Shown: positions 22,572-35,685 of the stretch, one piece after another
How the letters are laid out: each line of letters opens with the position of its first letter
Numbering within the stretch: position 1 is the stretch's first letter
Translations under genes and position numbers: made by a program
Source of the DNA: Ramazzottius varieornatus
Taxonomy: Eukaryota; Animalia; Tardigrada
DNA length: 64,000 nt
Assembly (NCBI GenBank): GCA_001949185.1
Contig: BDGG01000015.1
Coordinates: 5,036-69,035 of the forward strand
Reading direction: 5' to 3'
Notes under the pieces: model-generated
Database searches by the model: none
What the model saw: the letters and a program-made list of their open reading frames with translations, nothing else
Told to the model about the DNA's origin: nothing

Positions 22572-25500
22572 TTACATTCTTGAGCAATATTCTGTATTCT
22601 TGGTTCCAAAATTGAAAGACTTAGGTTGAGTCATGGAACGCAGTTTAATTTTCTTGACTTCTTCTGTTCCGTCATCTTGCATCGCCTTGTAGGTTGCATG
22701 GCGTCTGTAAGCAGCGAGACAAAAACTAGAGATCCAGATCCGCAAGCTTCACTAGAGCTTGCAGTTACGGTTACATGCTGATACCTGTAAAATACCGGGC
22801 TATTGGTCATCTGCATGCATATCTTCACCGGGAAGTTGGAGAAGTCCACATTGGTGACAAAGTCCATCTGGCCAGCGGCGACCTCCGTCACGCTCTGTGT
22901 GGTGACCACCTGTCCGAGGAAGATGACATCCGACTTGTGCTCTGTCACCACGGTCGCCCTGATGAAGACAAATATTATAGCACAGGTTTCAAAACCGATA
23001 GCGAAATTCTCAGAAGATATTACTCACGTATTTTGCACCAGAGACTTGGACGTTCTTCCCCACAAGCTGATGTCGACGAATCCAGCTAGGTCAACTGAAA
23101 CAGCTGACTTCGTTTTAGTGTAGATGATGACGCCATTAGGGTTGTAGTAGGGCACTCCGTCGTTCAGGACCAGGAAGTTGAACTGCATCTCCGCTACTGG
23201 ATCGTCCCCTCCGGCTGACATGGCCATGGACATTAGCTCACCCATACCGTTGAAGAAGACCACGCTTGGTAAGGATACATCGAGGAGTTCCAAGTTCAGT
23301 CCAGCTGTGGCAGTCTCGTCCTTGTCCTCGTCCTTGGCGCCCATAAAACTGCCCAACCCTCTCGAATACAAGCCAAACTATCAAAGATACTTGATAATTA
23401 TTAAAAACTAATAGTCAGTGGTTAAAACATCAGTTTCAAAACCAGTTCTGTATGAAACATAATCCCGACCGCTGAGAATCACGTTTCGCAATTTTTTCGT
23501 ATCGCCCTCTTATCATCGCAATTCAGTTCATCATTCTACAGTATCGACGCACTCACGATTTTTCTACGATATTTTCACCATGGTCTTTTTTCTTACCGAT
23601 GTGATGGGAAGTGTTTTCCCATAAGCATCGGTCACGCTGACACCCACCACGCTGGACTTCATAGTTCCTCCACCGAACTCCATGGCCAGGTTGTACGTAG
23701 AGTTCAGTCCTACCGAAGAAGCCAACAGACCATCATACACCACAGACTGGCCTTTGACTGCCAGTTCCTTGAGAACATTCCGCGACTTCCTCACAGCCTT
23801 TGAAATTCCCCTGCTGAACAGTCTCGTATCACTCAACCCGTCTTTCAAGGAAGCCACCGCATACGTCCGCAATTCATCAGTCCTCAACCCGGAAACTCCG
23901 TTCAGCAACCTGGCTACAATGTCCACACAGGACGAGGAAGATTCAGAAGTGCACGACTTGGCTTGCTTGACCAGCCAGTCGATCGCTGCTATTTTACAGT
24001 TGGAATCGAAGCGAGCGTCAGGGCTTTCGTAGACACCCCAAACACCTTCTGCTAGCTCTTCGATGTTCTCGCCTTGGGTGTCCAGACGGCGAAGTGCGCG
24101 GATGGCAGCGGCACCAGGTCGGCCACCGAGCTCCATGTGGTGCAGAAGGGCGGGTAGGGTCTGCGAGGAACCAAAGTTGCCGATGGCTCGGAGCCAGACG
24201 ATCTCGCAATCTGCTTTGTTGGGTTCCTTACACTTGGCGAGGTTGAGGGCTAAAGTGGCCGATATGGTTTCGAGGAGTTGAAGATTTTCGGGTTTTGGGT
24301 TACCGCACCTCTGGAAAATGGAACCAGTTTCTGATCTCGACCAGAGAGAATAATCGCCTGCTCGGTGTGAAAACAAACTAGACAAGATTGGTGTATCAGA
24401 TGGCGCACCTTTCCATTGTTATGTGCTGAAAGAATGCGCGACCTGGAAAAGCAATCTTGACGAATTTGATTGTTTTCCCAGTTGGCGCAGACTTTCAGTG
24501 TTATTGGACGGACGAATGCGCCACTTGGAAGCAAAAACTGCTGGACTCATTGGCCGAGGTCCTCATCAGAAATTTGACTATGCCTTACCGAAGATGTGGC
24601 GCACTGAACACTCTTCCGGTTGTACGTGTATCCAAGTGCTCCGATACTCAAGGCAAAGGCTTCTTGAAGGTTTATGTCAAGGTCCTTCTCGTCCAGAAAC
24701 GTCTAGGAAGCGGAAACACAATCGTGTTAGCAGTAAGCTAGGAAAGTTTCCGTCGACGTAAGTCGCCAAAATCTTTCGTTCCTTTTTCTCACCATGAAAC
24801 TTTTGATAAGGGCTCCATCCCGCTCAAGGACCGTGGCAAAAGTCGACATGACGACGTAGCGCCTGAAGAGCTCTTTGTGCGCCGGTTTGGTTTTGTAGTT
24901 TAGGACTGCCTGGACAGCTTCCACTGCGGCCTTTGTTCCCAGAGAGGCTAGTACGTCTATCAAAAAGAGCCTGTAAAATATTGCGGCTGAACGGCGGGCA
25001 TAAATTTCAAAACAGTGGATTTCCAGAGAGGTTTCACTTACGTTGATGACACTTGCTTTTTCTTCAAAGAAAGACTGTCCGTTAGGGCGGCAACAAGCTC
25101 CTCCTTAGTGGACCTTTCAGCGCTGCCGTGAAGGACCAGAAACACTTGGCCTGCTTTTCTGGATGCGGCTTTGGATTTCATCGTATACTTGCGAACACGT
25201 TTGAGTACGTTGGACAACTACGAACATCGTAGAAAACAGTCACTCGGTCAGCTCATGCTGCAACGTTGACTGTCACAGTACACAGCTTCTGATTCAATTA
25301 ATTGCTCAAGCGGAATGTTGTCGGCTCAAAAGAAAAAGGAAGAGACCGCATCTTTTTGCATATCTTGGTCTTACCGGGGTGGTCTTTTCCGGAGCAACCA
25401 GTCTTCGCTGGCTTTCCAGCAAGTCAAAAGTGGGAAGACCTTCGTCCTCCATGCGCAGCTGAGGGAACATGGCCACGGTGTCGTCGATGGAAGGTTGCTG

Positions 25501-26453
25501 CAGTGACGTCACATTGTCATATTCTTCCTCGATGGCTTCTAAGGACTGCACTACGAAGATCATGTGGTCCACTTCGTGCAGCGGCGTCCCGGTCCATGGA
25601 GTGCTCAGCTTCGTGCTCAGAGTCAAGTTGTGGTAACTGCGGTCTTCCTCGGGCTTGTCGTCCAAACCCGACACAATCGAAGTACCGAAGGTCCGTCGTT
25701 CGATGGGATTTGGATTGATTTGCGTGGGCTCCGCCTTCTGAAAACAGTTTTAGAATGAGTCCATTTTTCAGGCTTCTTTTCGAAGAAGGTCCCTGAAACC
25801 TACTCTGCGCGGATATTTAAAAATTACCTTGTCCTTATCGCGTTGTCGGCCTTTGAGTGCGATAACGAAATTCGACAGTTCGCGTTTGAAGTTTCGGGAT
25901 ATCGGGTTCTCTCTCTTGTCGAAGTAGAATGTGGGGACTATCTTCTTTAACGCATCATCGATGTCCAGTTGAACGAGGTAGGGGTAACCAGTTAGGTTTC
26001 TGGCTTTGTAGGGTGCCTCGTTTGTTGTGTCGTCGACGTGCAGCTGCCAATAGGAGTGTTATCCCGTGAGTACTGGACTAACGTTTCTCAACCGTACTGA
26101 ATTATACTGTTGACCTACGTGAAAATATTGAAGACTGGTTTTCTCGCCTTTGCTAAATTCCGACAACGGTACGATGTCCAAGTCGATTTTGAGGTGTCCA
26201 AGAGGTTGGGCTTCTTTTGATGAGTTGGGACTACGGAATGTGACTAGATTGGAAATTGTGTAGGACTGGAACGAAGCCTCCTTTTCGTCATACTTCCCAG
26301 TTGACTTCACCGACTCTTCCGCTCCGCAACCTACAGATAATATGAAACCAGACGATATCTTTCACTACGTGATCGAGTAAAACTAGTGTATGGTTCGAAT
26401 AAGTGCTTACAGGTCAGACACAACGAAAAGAGTACGAGCGACCAGTAATCCAT
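22572..26453 (-). CDS. MTTP: Microsomal triglyceride transfer protein large subunit (large lipid transfer protein family), multi-exon
   Basis: Signal peptide MDYWSLVLFSLCL, helical domain with WLRAIGNFGS, and the MTP-typical C-terminal motifs LNLELLDVSLPSVVFFNGMGELM, SVDLAGFVDISLWGRTSKSLV and DFVTNVDFS...ICMQM. Terminus SFNFGTKNTEYCSRM* (stop 22572-22574). Confidence 0.88.
24381..24530. repeat. Two tandem palindromic elements in MTP intron 24311-24588
   Basis: gacaagattg...cagatggcgcac...gaatgcgcgacctggaaaagcaatcttgacg, then ttttcccagttggcgcag...tgcgccacttggaa. Confidence 0.8.
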
Positions 26454-28030
26454 TCCGATCCGGGTGTTCGTCGATCGTTGACGATCGTGGAGGACGAAGG
26501 AAGGTACAGGATATCTCACAAGTTCTGCCTGTTCATGTTCGGTGTTGTTCTTTAAAGCTGATCGAGAAACATCAAGAGGAACCCAAAGGAAAGGGAAACT
26601 GAATGATGTCGCTGACATTACGTGGCACCGGTTTGTAAAGTGTAGCGAAACAAGAAATGCATCGCGATAAAAGACGTGACGAAGTGCGACAAGGCGGAAG
26701 TGATCACAATGAAGATGAACTTTATCGTAGTACACATCATACCACCTCGGAACCAGTCGACATCTTGCACAGTAGTCCGATATACTGTAATTCCGGTTTG
26801 GTCCGCGCCGCAATACGCATGCTCTTTGGTACCGTATTGTACCGTAGTGCAGCGTTTCTTCATCAAAAGTAACCTACAAAATCAAAATATGTCTAGAATC
26901 CACGGACAAGAATCGAGCAAACTGGCATTTCCACTGAGAACAGCGGCCTTAGTGAGAAGGAGTATCGCAAAGACCTGTGAAAAATTCTTAAGAAACATGG
27001 AGGCGGTCTGGACTCTGATTGCGTGGACCATAATACAGTGTAGAAAAGTGGAGGAATGGAACTGGGCCGCTGCTCCAGTGCTGCTCAATTCCTCCTAGAA
27101 GCGCCATCTATCGATTATGTATGTAATGATCCTGAGGTTCAACCGAGAACAACGACTTGATTGATTGAATTATTCGCCCGTACGAATCGTACCTTTTTCG
27201 CAGTCAGGCAGAAAGTCATTCTCTCGGAATCTCTTCTCCACTCCGACCGCTTCATTTCCTTTTTGGCCTCTTTCGGAGGGAACTGATGAAGCCTGTAAAG
27301 TTCTGGCAGTGAGCGTATGCCGCTGATAGCACTTTGGCCGGCCTGGTACCGTGATCCAGACTTCATTCTTCTCCGTCGATGGCTTTATCGCGGTGAACGG
27401 TTGAAGAGCATATGACTCACAGTCTCCTTGACCATCATTTCCATATTTCCCGAAATCTGGATTGTTATGTTGTTCTCTCCCTCAATCTGACAGTCGGAAA
27501 GCAAACGACATTATCACTTTATTGCCCAACCTGTTGATAACGATGTTGTTGTCATTGTTGTGTATTTTCCACGCATGGCGTAGGTGTTGATCCTACAAAA
27601 CGTTAGTTGGCCGACGACCTGATACAGTATGCACAGATTGGACTACATCCAGGTATGATCCTGCTTACCAGTTGATTTCTGAACACTGTTATCCGCTTGA
27701 TTGCACCTTGTCCACTGTGGAGAGACTTTTTATGTCTGTCGTCGCCACTCGACGTTACAGTTATTGCACCCTCCACATTGATAGTCCACGACTGTAAAAT
27801 TCTAATTAAGTTCATGCCGGACGCCATGGGGGCTTGTTGAACGACGGCGATATGTCGTGAGGGAATGTCAGCGGCATGATCGTTAAATGCAACCTCTCGC
27901 TTGATTGATCACACCGCCGTGCGGCCATCGCGTGATCCTGATTTCCCTGTTGCAGCCCTTGAACTTGGACGGATCCATAGCCTGAAAATGCAGAAATATT
28001 CTCCTCTTCAAGTGGAATATCCTGGCTAAG

Positions 28031-31000
28031 ATGAAGGGAAAACGGAAGTTCTGGGAAGATCTCAACGGAAGCGCAGTATTGTGGGCGATAAGTATCGTCA
28101 TTTGCATGACGGCCATTTCGCAAGGTAAGCCGTCGTATGACATCACACATCTTACGTGCTACCGTTGCTATAAACGACATTGTTCGACAGTTTTCTACGG
28201 TGTTTTGATATTTCAAAACTTGTTTTTAGTTTCTTTGACGCTGTACTGACCTGTTTTTCGTTTCTTATAGTTTCAGGCAGAGGGACGATTCCCTGCCACC
28301 AGGCACCTCGATGCATGGCAGATTTTCAGCAGATGCAGGCCTCCGGCATCGATAAACAAGCGCTCGACGACCACGACGCATTATACACCTTCTGCGAGGT
28401 GTTATACCAAAGTGTCCAGTGCATCCAAGAGCTCGACTGTTCAGGTAAGCTTCAGGAATATTTCGTTTTGTTTTATCACCCATGCGTAGGTAGGTTTGTT
28501 ATGAGCTGGAAAAAAGCATCTGGATGAATAAGGAAAGAACAGCGGAATTTCTGCATGTGTACTAGTGTTTACTTTTCTCCCATTCTCCTGTTCTTTTCGC
28601 AGTTTTCTCATAAACCGGAATGTGGATAGCGAGAAAGAAAGTAGAGTAGGGTGATAATAGATTGAAACAAGGGCGGAAATACATGAGGCACTTTTCCTTA
28701 TCAGACTGTATTGTGCGAGAAGAGGTATTTGGGGGACACACCTGTTTCTGTTTCCCAACGAGAAATACATATTGTCTGGCCTGTCAAAATGCGTATGCTG
28801 AATGACAGAATTATTCTCTGTCCTTTCTTCCTCTTTAGCTTGCTTTAGTATTCGAGTCAGGGAGATTTTATTGTTTGGAGCGAGGATAAAAGCGCCATGG
28901 ATTGAAGCAGGTGGTTAGTGTTGGATGGCGTGAGACGATTAACGAACAACATGGATCAGCCTTGCGCTATACGGGGATTGATATTTGATAAATACCGCAA
29001 ATATCTGATCGAGAAATGAGATTCAAGAAGAATTTCATAAACAACTTTGTTGAAAAATGCGCTTTTGGAATGCTAATATGCGAGGAATTTCGAGTGATCC
29101 GACGCTCATCGCGCACGAGAATGATCTTCTTGTAGAAAAATCCGCTTCAGTTTTTAAATCTGGGCCTTCGCTTCCAGTGTAGAACTGTCGGATGAACATT
29201 TTTCGAGAATCAATCCAGCATGAACGAATTATTAGAATTATCTTCGCGAGAACAGTAGATGCTTTTAGATGGTGGACAACGCGCAGATAGTCCATTTTCT
29301 ACCTTGGATTGTTCTAATCTGACGAGACAGTTTCGGGGCACGTTTTCCGCTGCGAGTACGACGCGACAGAGTCATCGAAGTGCCGTGGCGTTCTTCGGGG
29401 TAGCGTGGCCGAAATGCAACTCCAAACTCGATTCTCACCTCCATTTCAGGTTGTGATTCTTCTTTTTCTGTGCTCCGTACCTGGTCAGCCAGATCAGGGG
29501 TCGAGCAAGGAAGAAGCATGGCGGTGATCTTGATCAGGGCCAAAGAGGCTTTGCGTAGGTGTCAGGGAACAATCGCCGCGCATTTATCAGTCCACACCAG
29601 GCAAACAATCATTTCCTTCTCCGTACATACATATCCACGCTTCCTCTCTCTCCTTTCCTGCTTATCTTTCCTCTACTCTAACCAGTTTTTATGTCGGGCC
29701 ACAACTAGGCCAACTCTTTTCCGCCCACAATGCGGTTCAAATTAGAAATGAAACGTCACATAAATGGGAAAATAAGTGGCATGAAAGAATCCGAAATTAC
29801 GCACTCGACTGAGTCAGGTTCCAAGAAGTTGTGGTCGTAGGGAGTGTTTAGAATATGAGCATCGGTATATGCGAATGCGTCCAAAGCATTTTCGGTCGGA
29901 ACTGGCTGGCAAAACGCTTGGCTGGAAGATTTGAAAATACTGCTCCAAATACAAAGGGGTGTTTTGGGCCAGTTTCAACACTGGCGATGTGTTGCAGCTG
30001 GAGACGCGCACCAGCGAGCACTTCCGACGCACGTTGTCTCCACAGTCTTGGTACTTGATTAGTTGACTAAAATTTCTGCGCACAGCGAATGAGACCGATG
30101 TGCGAGCTGATGTAAAAGAAACACGTGCTTTCGGTGCTTCCGTCTTATTCCTCATAACTCATTGACCAGTGGTCAAAACTGTCAAACTTGAAAATTTGAA
30201 ATGCTCTCCTGAACAGTTGGAAACTGCTATGAGTATCTATCTAATCATTTTGTGTTTTGTTTTGCAGTGAGCGACATGTCCTATCGACAAAACAGTCCCA
30301 GAGTTCTGTTGAAACTGCTCAATCAGCGCAACTGCAGCCAGTTCGAGGCGGAGTTCGCTAGGCCGGTTGAGATGCAGACGCGGCCTCCGACGACCACCAC
30401 CACCGAGCCTTACATCAACCTTCCGTCCCATACCGGTTGCTCCGCCATTATGCCTTCTCAGGACATTCTCTACTGCTCGGTGTTTGGGGATCCTCATGTC
30501 ATTACCGACAAGAGCCACTTTCAGACATGCGGGATCAAGGGCGCGTACCCTCTTTTCGAGAACCAGTACCTCGCAAGTAAGCCATATACCATTATCTCAA
30601 GTGGTGCACGCTCTCACTGCTTCTGGCTGAGAGTGTGCGCCACTTCGGAAATTGATCTGGATCAATTTTTTGCCTCTCGCCCGAATGCCACGTCTAAAAC
30701 AATTATTTTTAACTTTGAATTTAAATTTAAATTTTTCGTGGAATGCAAAAGGCGCGAGAGATTGGGGAATCGAACTCAAACGGTTGTCTTGTGTTGCAGT
30801 TCAGGTCAGGTTCGACCCGGTGAAACGTTCGTCTTCTCCTCACACGGTGACCGCCATTTCCCGCGTGCTGGTCATTGTCAAAGGCCACGAGCAGTGCAGT
30901 CCAGAGCGGAAGGTCTACGAAGCCTCCGTGGGCAATATGCCCACGAGCTTCGAGGACAACACGGGGGACAGCGACACTGTCCAGCTAGTTAAACGCATTC

Positions 31001-31951
31001 CCGGTCATCTCCACGAGATCCGCATAACTCATCTGAAAGCCATCATCTTCATCCGCTGTATTGGGGACTACTTGTCAGTGGCCATGCGCATGCACAAGCC
31101 CATCATGGAGACGGAGAAGTACTATGCATCCTATCAGCTGTGCTCGCTGGGATGTCCAACCAGGTACGAAATACTCTACACTAGCTCGCCAGACAAGCTC
31201 CAAAAGATTTTTCCTAGGTGGCGCACTTTTCCAGCCAATAACAATCAAAACGTGCGCCGGTTGGGACAACGAACTCGAGAAGATTGATTGTTCTCGTAAG
31301 TGGCGTACTTTCCCAGGGCGATTGGCTGGGAGCGTGCGCCACTTGAAAGGAATATCTTGCTCAGTTTGTTCCCCGGTGTGACGCATATTCATAGTGTTAA
31401 TGGCTGGAAGAGTGCGCCATTCGGCAAAACGATCGTGTTGTAGTCCGTCCGCCTAGGCTCCATATGAGCTTCTCTTTCAAATTCCGCTTTGGATGTCAGA
31501 TAATTACGTTTGGAGTAATTGGCTGTTATGAACGGACTCTGGGCTTGTTTTCAGGGAGATTTTGTCACGCAGACGGATCCTCGGGGAGTTGCCGCTGAAG
31601 CCCTTGCAGCAAGCGGAAGAGTGGTGTACAAGTCACAACCTAACAGGGCCGTTCTATGAAGCCTGTTACTTTGATGCAGCTCTGACCGGCGACTTCAACG
31701 TCGTGCTGGTCAGCAAGGAAGCCCAACAGGACTGGGAGAGGCTGGCACCCACCATGGATGGTGTGAGGAGTGCGGCCTGGACGGCACGCTATAACATGAC
31801 GATGCCAACCATGCCACATGCACAAAGTGTGCGCAATAACGGGGTGTCCGAAGCAATCAATGTTAAAATGTACTACTTTGTCAACTTTACTTTTCCGGCT
31901 TGGTATCTTTTGTGTATAGCTTTTTTTATGGACTGGTTACTAGTAGACTGA
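28031..31951 (+). CDS. RGM: Repulsive guidance molecule (RGM/DRAG-1 family), BMP co-receptor/neogenin ligand, probably GPI-anchored
   Basis: Exons 28031-28124, 28271-28444, 30268-30576, 30800-31163 and 31555-31951 splice in phase. Signal peptide, Cys-containing N-domain, CSVFGDPHVIT autocleavage motif, FQTCGIKGAYPLFENQYL, YLSVAMRM, QLCSLGCP, FYEACYFDAALTGD, hydrophobic C-terminus. Confidence 0.92.
30593..30660. repeat. Palindromic element monomer in RGM intron 30577-30799
   Basis: tctcaagtggtgcacgctctca...tgagagtgtgcgccacttcgga. Confidence 0.8.
31200..31440. repeat. Three tandem palindromic elements in RGM intron 31164-31554
   Basis: ttttcctaggtggcgcac...cgtgcgccggttggga; taagtggcgtac...cgtgcgccacttga; gtgacgca...agtgcgccattcgg. 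Confidence 0.85.
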
Positions 31952-33199
31952 CAGCGAAAAGAGGATTTAACTCTGCTGTAGAGATGAAAGAGGATATTCT
32001 TCGTTTTATCGACCTACTAAAGAGAGACTTTTATTTTGCATGTGACTTGCAACCAATGGACCAAATCTGATTTTTGCTCCTACTTTTTGCTAGCTGGCCT
32101 GTACGAAAACAGAAGTTCTTATGACGATGTTTGAATGGCATTTTGGCTGTTCAACGATGCGGTTATAGTATTTTGTAGTAAAAGTTTGACTTCATAACGC
32201 CCTTCAACGCTGCGGTGATCTAATGATATTGATAATTAGCCATTTGCACCCCGTTGAAGCAAACTTGCTACCACCTGCAACTTCGACGTATAAAAAGTAG
32301 AGATTGCTTTTCTTCCTTACATTTCTACATACTATCATACAACTTTTCAAGCAACTCGTAGCGAGTTATAGCTGGATAACATAGGTTGAGAGATGGTTCT
32401 CAAAAGTAGGTTAGAACGACCTCTGGTGGGGAAGACTTATCATCACGTACAAAACGTGGTCTCTGGAATTCCATGTGTGAGTAATAACCTCCAACTCAAT
32501 GCCAGCAACCAAACAGATACTTAGGTCGTTATCTAAAATTAGGAGAGACTGCAGGCAAGCCCTGGAATTGTGGCAAATGAATTAAATCCGTCGAATTCGG
32601 CAACTTCGCCGGTAAACCCGTCCTCTGTCAGAAATTCCAGGTCGTGACCAGAACGACACATCAGTACTTTTGACCAATTTCCCGAAGCACAGTCCCTATT
32701 CTCCTTATTTTGTAAGAGAAGGTTGCAGAACCTCAAACCGAAGTTGAAGAAAATGCTTTTGAGATCACCCCCCCCCCCAAAGATTCCGAAAGTTGGTGTA
32801 TTTTTCGCTTTTGACGACCTCCAGTTTAATGTCGATTCTGACTACTTGTAAATAGATTCCGGGCCAGTAGTTTTTCTCGAGGTAGCTAGTAAGATACTGA
32901 ATCGAGGAAAACTGGTTACGAAGTTGCGCTATCATCCCGTCGAGAACGGAGGTGGTAGAAAGTTTGCTTGAACGCCTGTATTTCGTTGCGTCATTGGACA
33001 CATAGTACGCACTTTATTTCCCGATATCCTGTCGGAGTGATCTTCAAATAGACACGTACTACAGAGCTGAACTGTGAGATTCGAGGTGAATAATGATAAA
33101 GATGTACAAAATTAAAATAGTCTTTCCTGCCTGTTAAATGTAATATCCCGAAGGAAGTAAAGGAGTCAAGATAACAGCCTCGAAACGGAATAAAAGTAA

Positions 33200-35685
33200 T
33201 TAGCTGTACTGAGCAACGACATCGTTGATCCAGGGAACAAATTTGTCAACTCTAGCATAAACTCCTGGATAAGCTCCGCAGTCGATTCCCCAGGAGACCA
33301 GCCCCACTAACTGGTAAACACCACCGACTGGACAGACCAACGGACTTCCCCCGTCGCCCTACAAAAACCAAGAGGTTAGCAATTCCCGGGCTACAGCAAT
33401 ATTTCTGTTTTGATGTCCGGACACTTCTGCTCACATAGCAAGCGTCTTTTCCAGGAGCTCCAGCACAGACAAAGCTGTTGTCGAGGTTGAAGAAGGCACC
33501 GATCTCGGGAGACTTCCGGTATGAGTCCTGGCAGAATTCCGGTGTAATTAGAGGTACTTTGACGGCCTTGAGTCTGCTTGACCAGTGACCATCTACAGCA
33601 AAAACTCAGCTGAAGAATAGGGTCCAATTAAATTCTACAGGCCGGTGAATTTTACGGGCAATGGTGTCTTTTCCCCATCCGCTAACTGAGCACAAGTCAG
33701 GCGAATACTTGGCGTCAGGTGTCGGCAGGCAGACCGGTGAGATATACGAATTGTAATTTGCGGGAACGTCCAAGATCAACACCGCGATGTCGTTTCGGAG
33801 GGTTCCGCTGTGATATCCCGAGTGGATGACGGCGTCGACCACTTGGTAGTCCTGGAAAGGAGGTTCCTCCAATTCTTGCACATCGTACTCGCCAAGCCGC
33901 ACGATCAGATTACGATCCTTGAACCTGCAACCGTAAAATCGCGGTTTTTTTTATTCCGGCGCCGAATGGTGAGAAACCCCAAAAATCGGCTTTTGTCACA
34001 TGCTCGTTATATTTTCGAATTCGGAGGTTAGAGTTTACGAATTTGTATGCGGACCTCTCGACTCAGCCTTCCTCTTTGCCCTTTCTCTACAGTCCGTTTA
34101 CATCTGAGGTCGATAACAACGCAATGCATACCTTGCAATGCAATGAGCAGCTGTCAAGATGACTCTCGGCGCGATCAACGCTCCTCCACAAATGTACGTC
34201 AAGTCATCCAACAAGACAGCCGCCATCCAGGGATACTCGCCAAATTCAGCTTCGGCTCTTGCAACACTGTCGTCAAACACTCTGGCCAGCGGGTTCTTTC
34301 CCTTACGACCACAGACCGGTGGTGGCGGGATCACAACTCCAACGGGTGGAGGCGGTGGTGGAGGTGGCACGTGTCCCACACCACCGACGGGTAGCGGCCT
34401 GCCCACGACGGGAACAAGACCAGAACCGACACCGGGGATGGACGCAGCGACACCTATAGGTGGAGGTACAAGACCGGCTCCAGCGCTAGCCAGCTGGTCG
34501 AGGAGCTCGGGGTTACAGCAGACCACAAAGGAAGGGAGACATTGGCCGCTGTACGCTGGGTCGTCGTCGAGGTAGCGAGCAAAGCGGGAAACGTCCCTGC
34601 AATCGGCTAGTTGGGTGCAGGTACAGTGCGGTGGAATGGGTCGGCTTGGAATTGGGGGTGGAAGAGGATTGCGAATGGCGGTCAGCATGTTGGCTAAGGA
34701 TGCATCCACCACGACTAAGAAACGACAGATTCATTTAGAGGACAAAAATTAATGCATTTGAGCAGCCCCACGCGGATGGAATGATCTATTTTACTGTACA
34801 CAGGAAATCGGCAAAAATATCTAACCGATTGGCTTTTGAAGTCTAATGTCTGCTTTAAAATTGTTTCCTTTTTTATTACCGTTACGAATCTGCACTCTCT
34901 CTGGGTGAATGAAAAGTTTGACTCTTTTCTACGTTAGTTTGGCAACATCTTTCATAGTTTGCATCATTGCACTCAAACCGGAGCGATATACAACAAACTT
35001 CCCTCCAGCTTTTAAACTTACTGGGTGGTCGATTGACAGGAGGAGGAACCGCAGGTCCTACGATGACAGGCGGACGATTGTACGCAACGGGAGGTGGCGG
35101 TGGTGGCACATTGACCGGTCCCACTGGATATCCAACCGGCCCGCCATTCCCGTATGCAGGTAAAGGCTGAGGTCCCGGGTATCCGACACCTGGTCCGAAT
35201 CCAAGCGGCACTGGTCCAACAGGCGTCAATCCGCCACCCTGAACTTTCTCCTTACCCGCGCTGTAGAACGGCGTATACACAAAGGACTTCTCGTATGTCT
35301 TGTAGCTGCCCAGTGGCGACATGGGAATATTGACGAAGTCATCGAAGGCTGAGCGACCTTCGGGTTCCAGAGTACCGTTGGTGGCCGAAGAACCGTTGAG
35401 CGACCTGGTGGGTATCTCATTGAGGGAATCATCGACTTGGCCATCCATGTAATCGGTAGTGGTGCTGTTGGTTATATCTTCATCCATCTCGTCCGAATCA
35501 TCGAAGGAGAAAAAATTGCCACCCGGTTCCACTTCGTCTGTTGTGGTGGTTTCAGGTAAGCTGGGTGTTGTTCGTCGAACTGTCGAAGATGACGGAGCCT
35601 CGGATAGTACAATACGAGCTCGTACTGTTGAGTAAGTCCCAATTATGCAAAATACGAGAATGAACCCGAGACAAAGTTTGTCCAT
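33200..35685 (-). CDS. Clip-type serine protease homolog (masquerade/PPAF2-like, catalytically inactive)
   Basis: Signal peptide, Thr/Asp- and Pro/Gly-rich linkers, Cys-rich clip-like motifs, [19 protein letters not shown]...TAAHC, RNDIAVL. The catalytic Ser is replaced by Gly: KDACY|GDGGSPLVC (final exon starts at 33358). Stop at 33200-33202. Confidence 0.9.

Noticed and set aside
24590-24610. gtggcgcac as another palindromic element copy
   Set aside because: Lies in an MTP coding exon (24702-24589) and has no partner arm.
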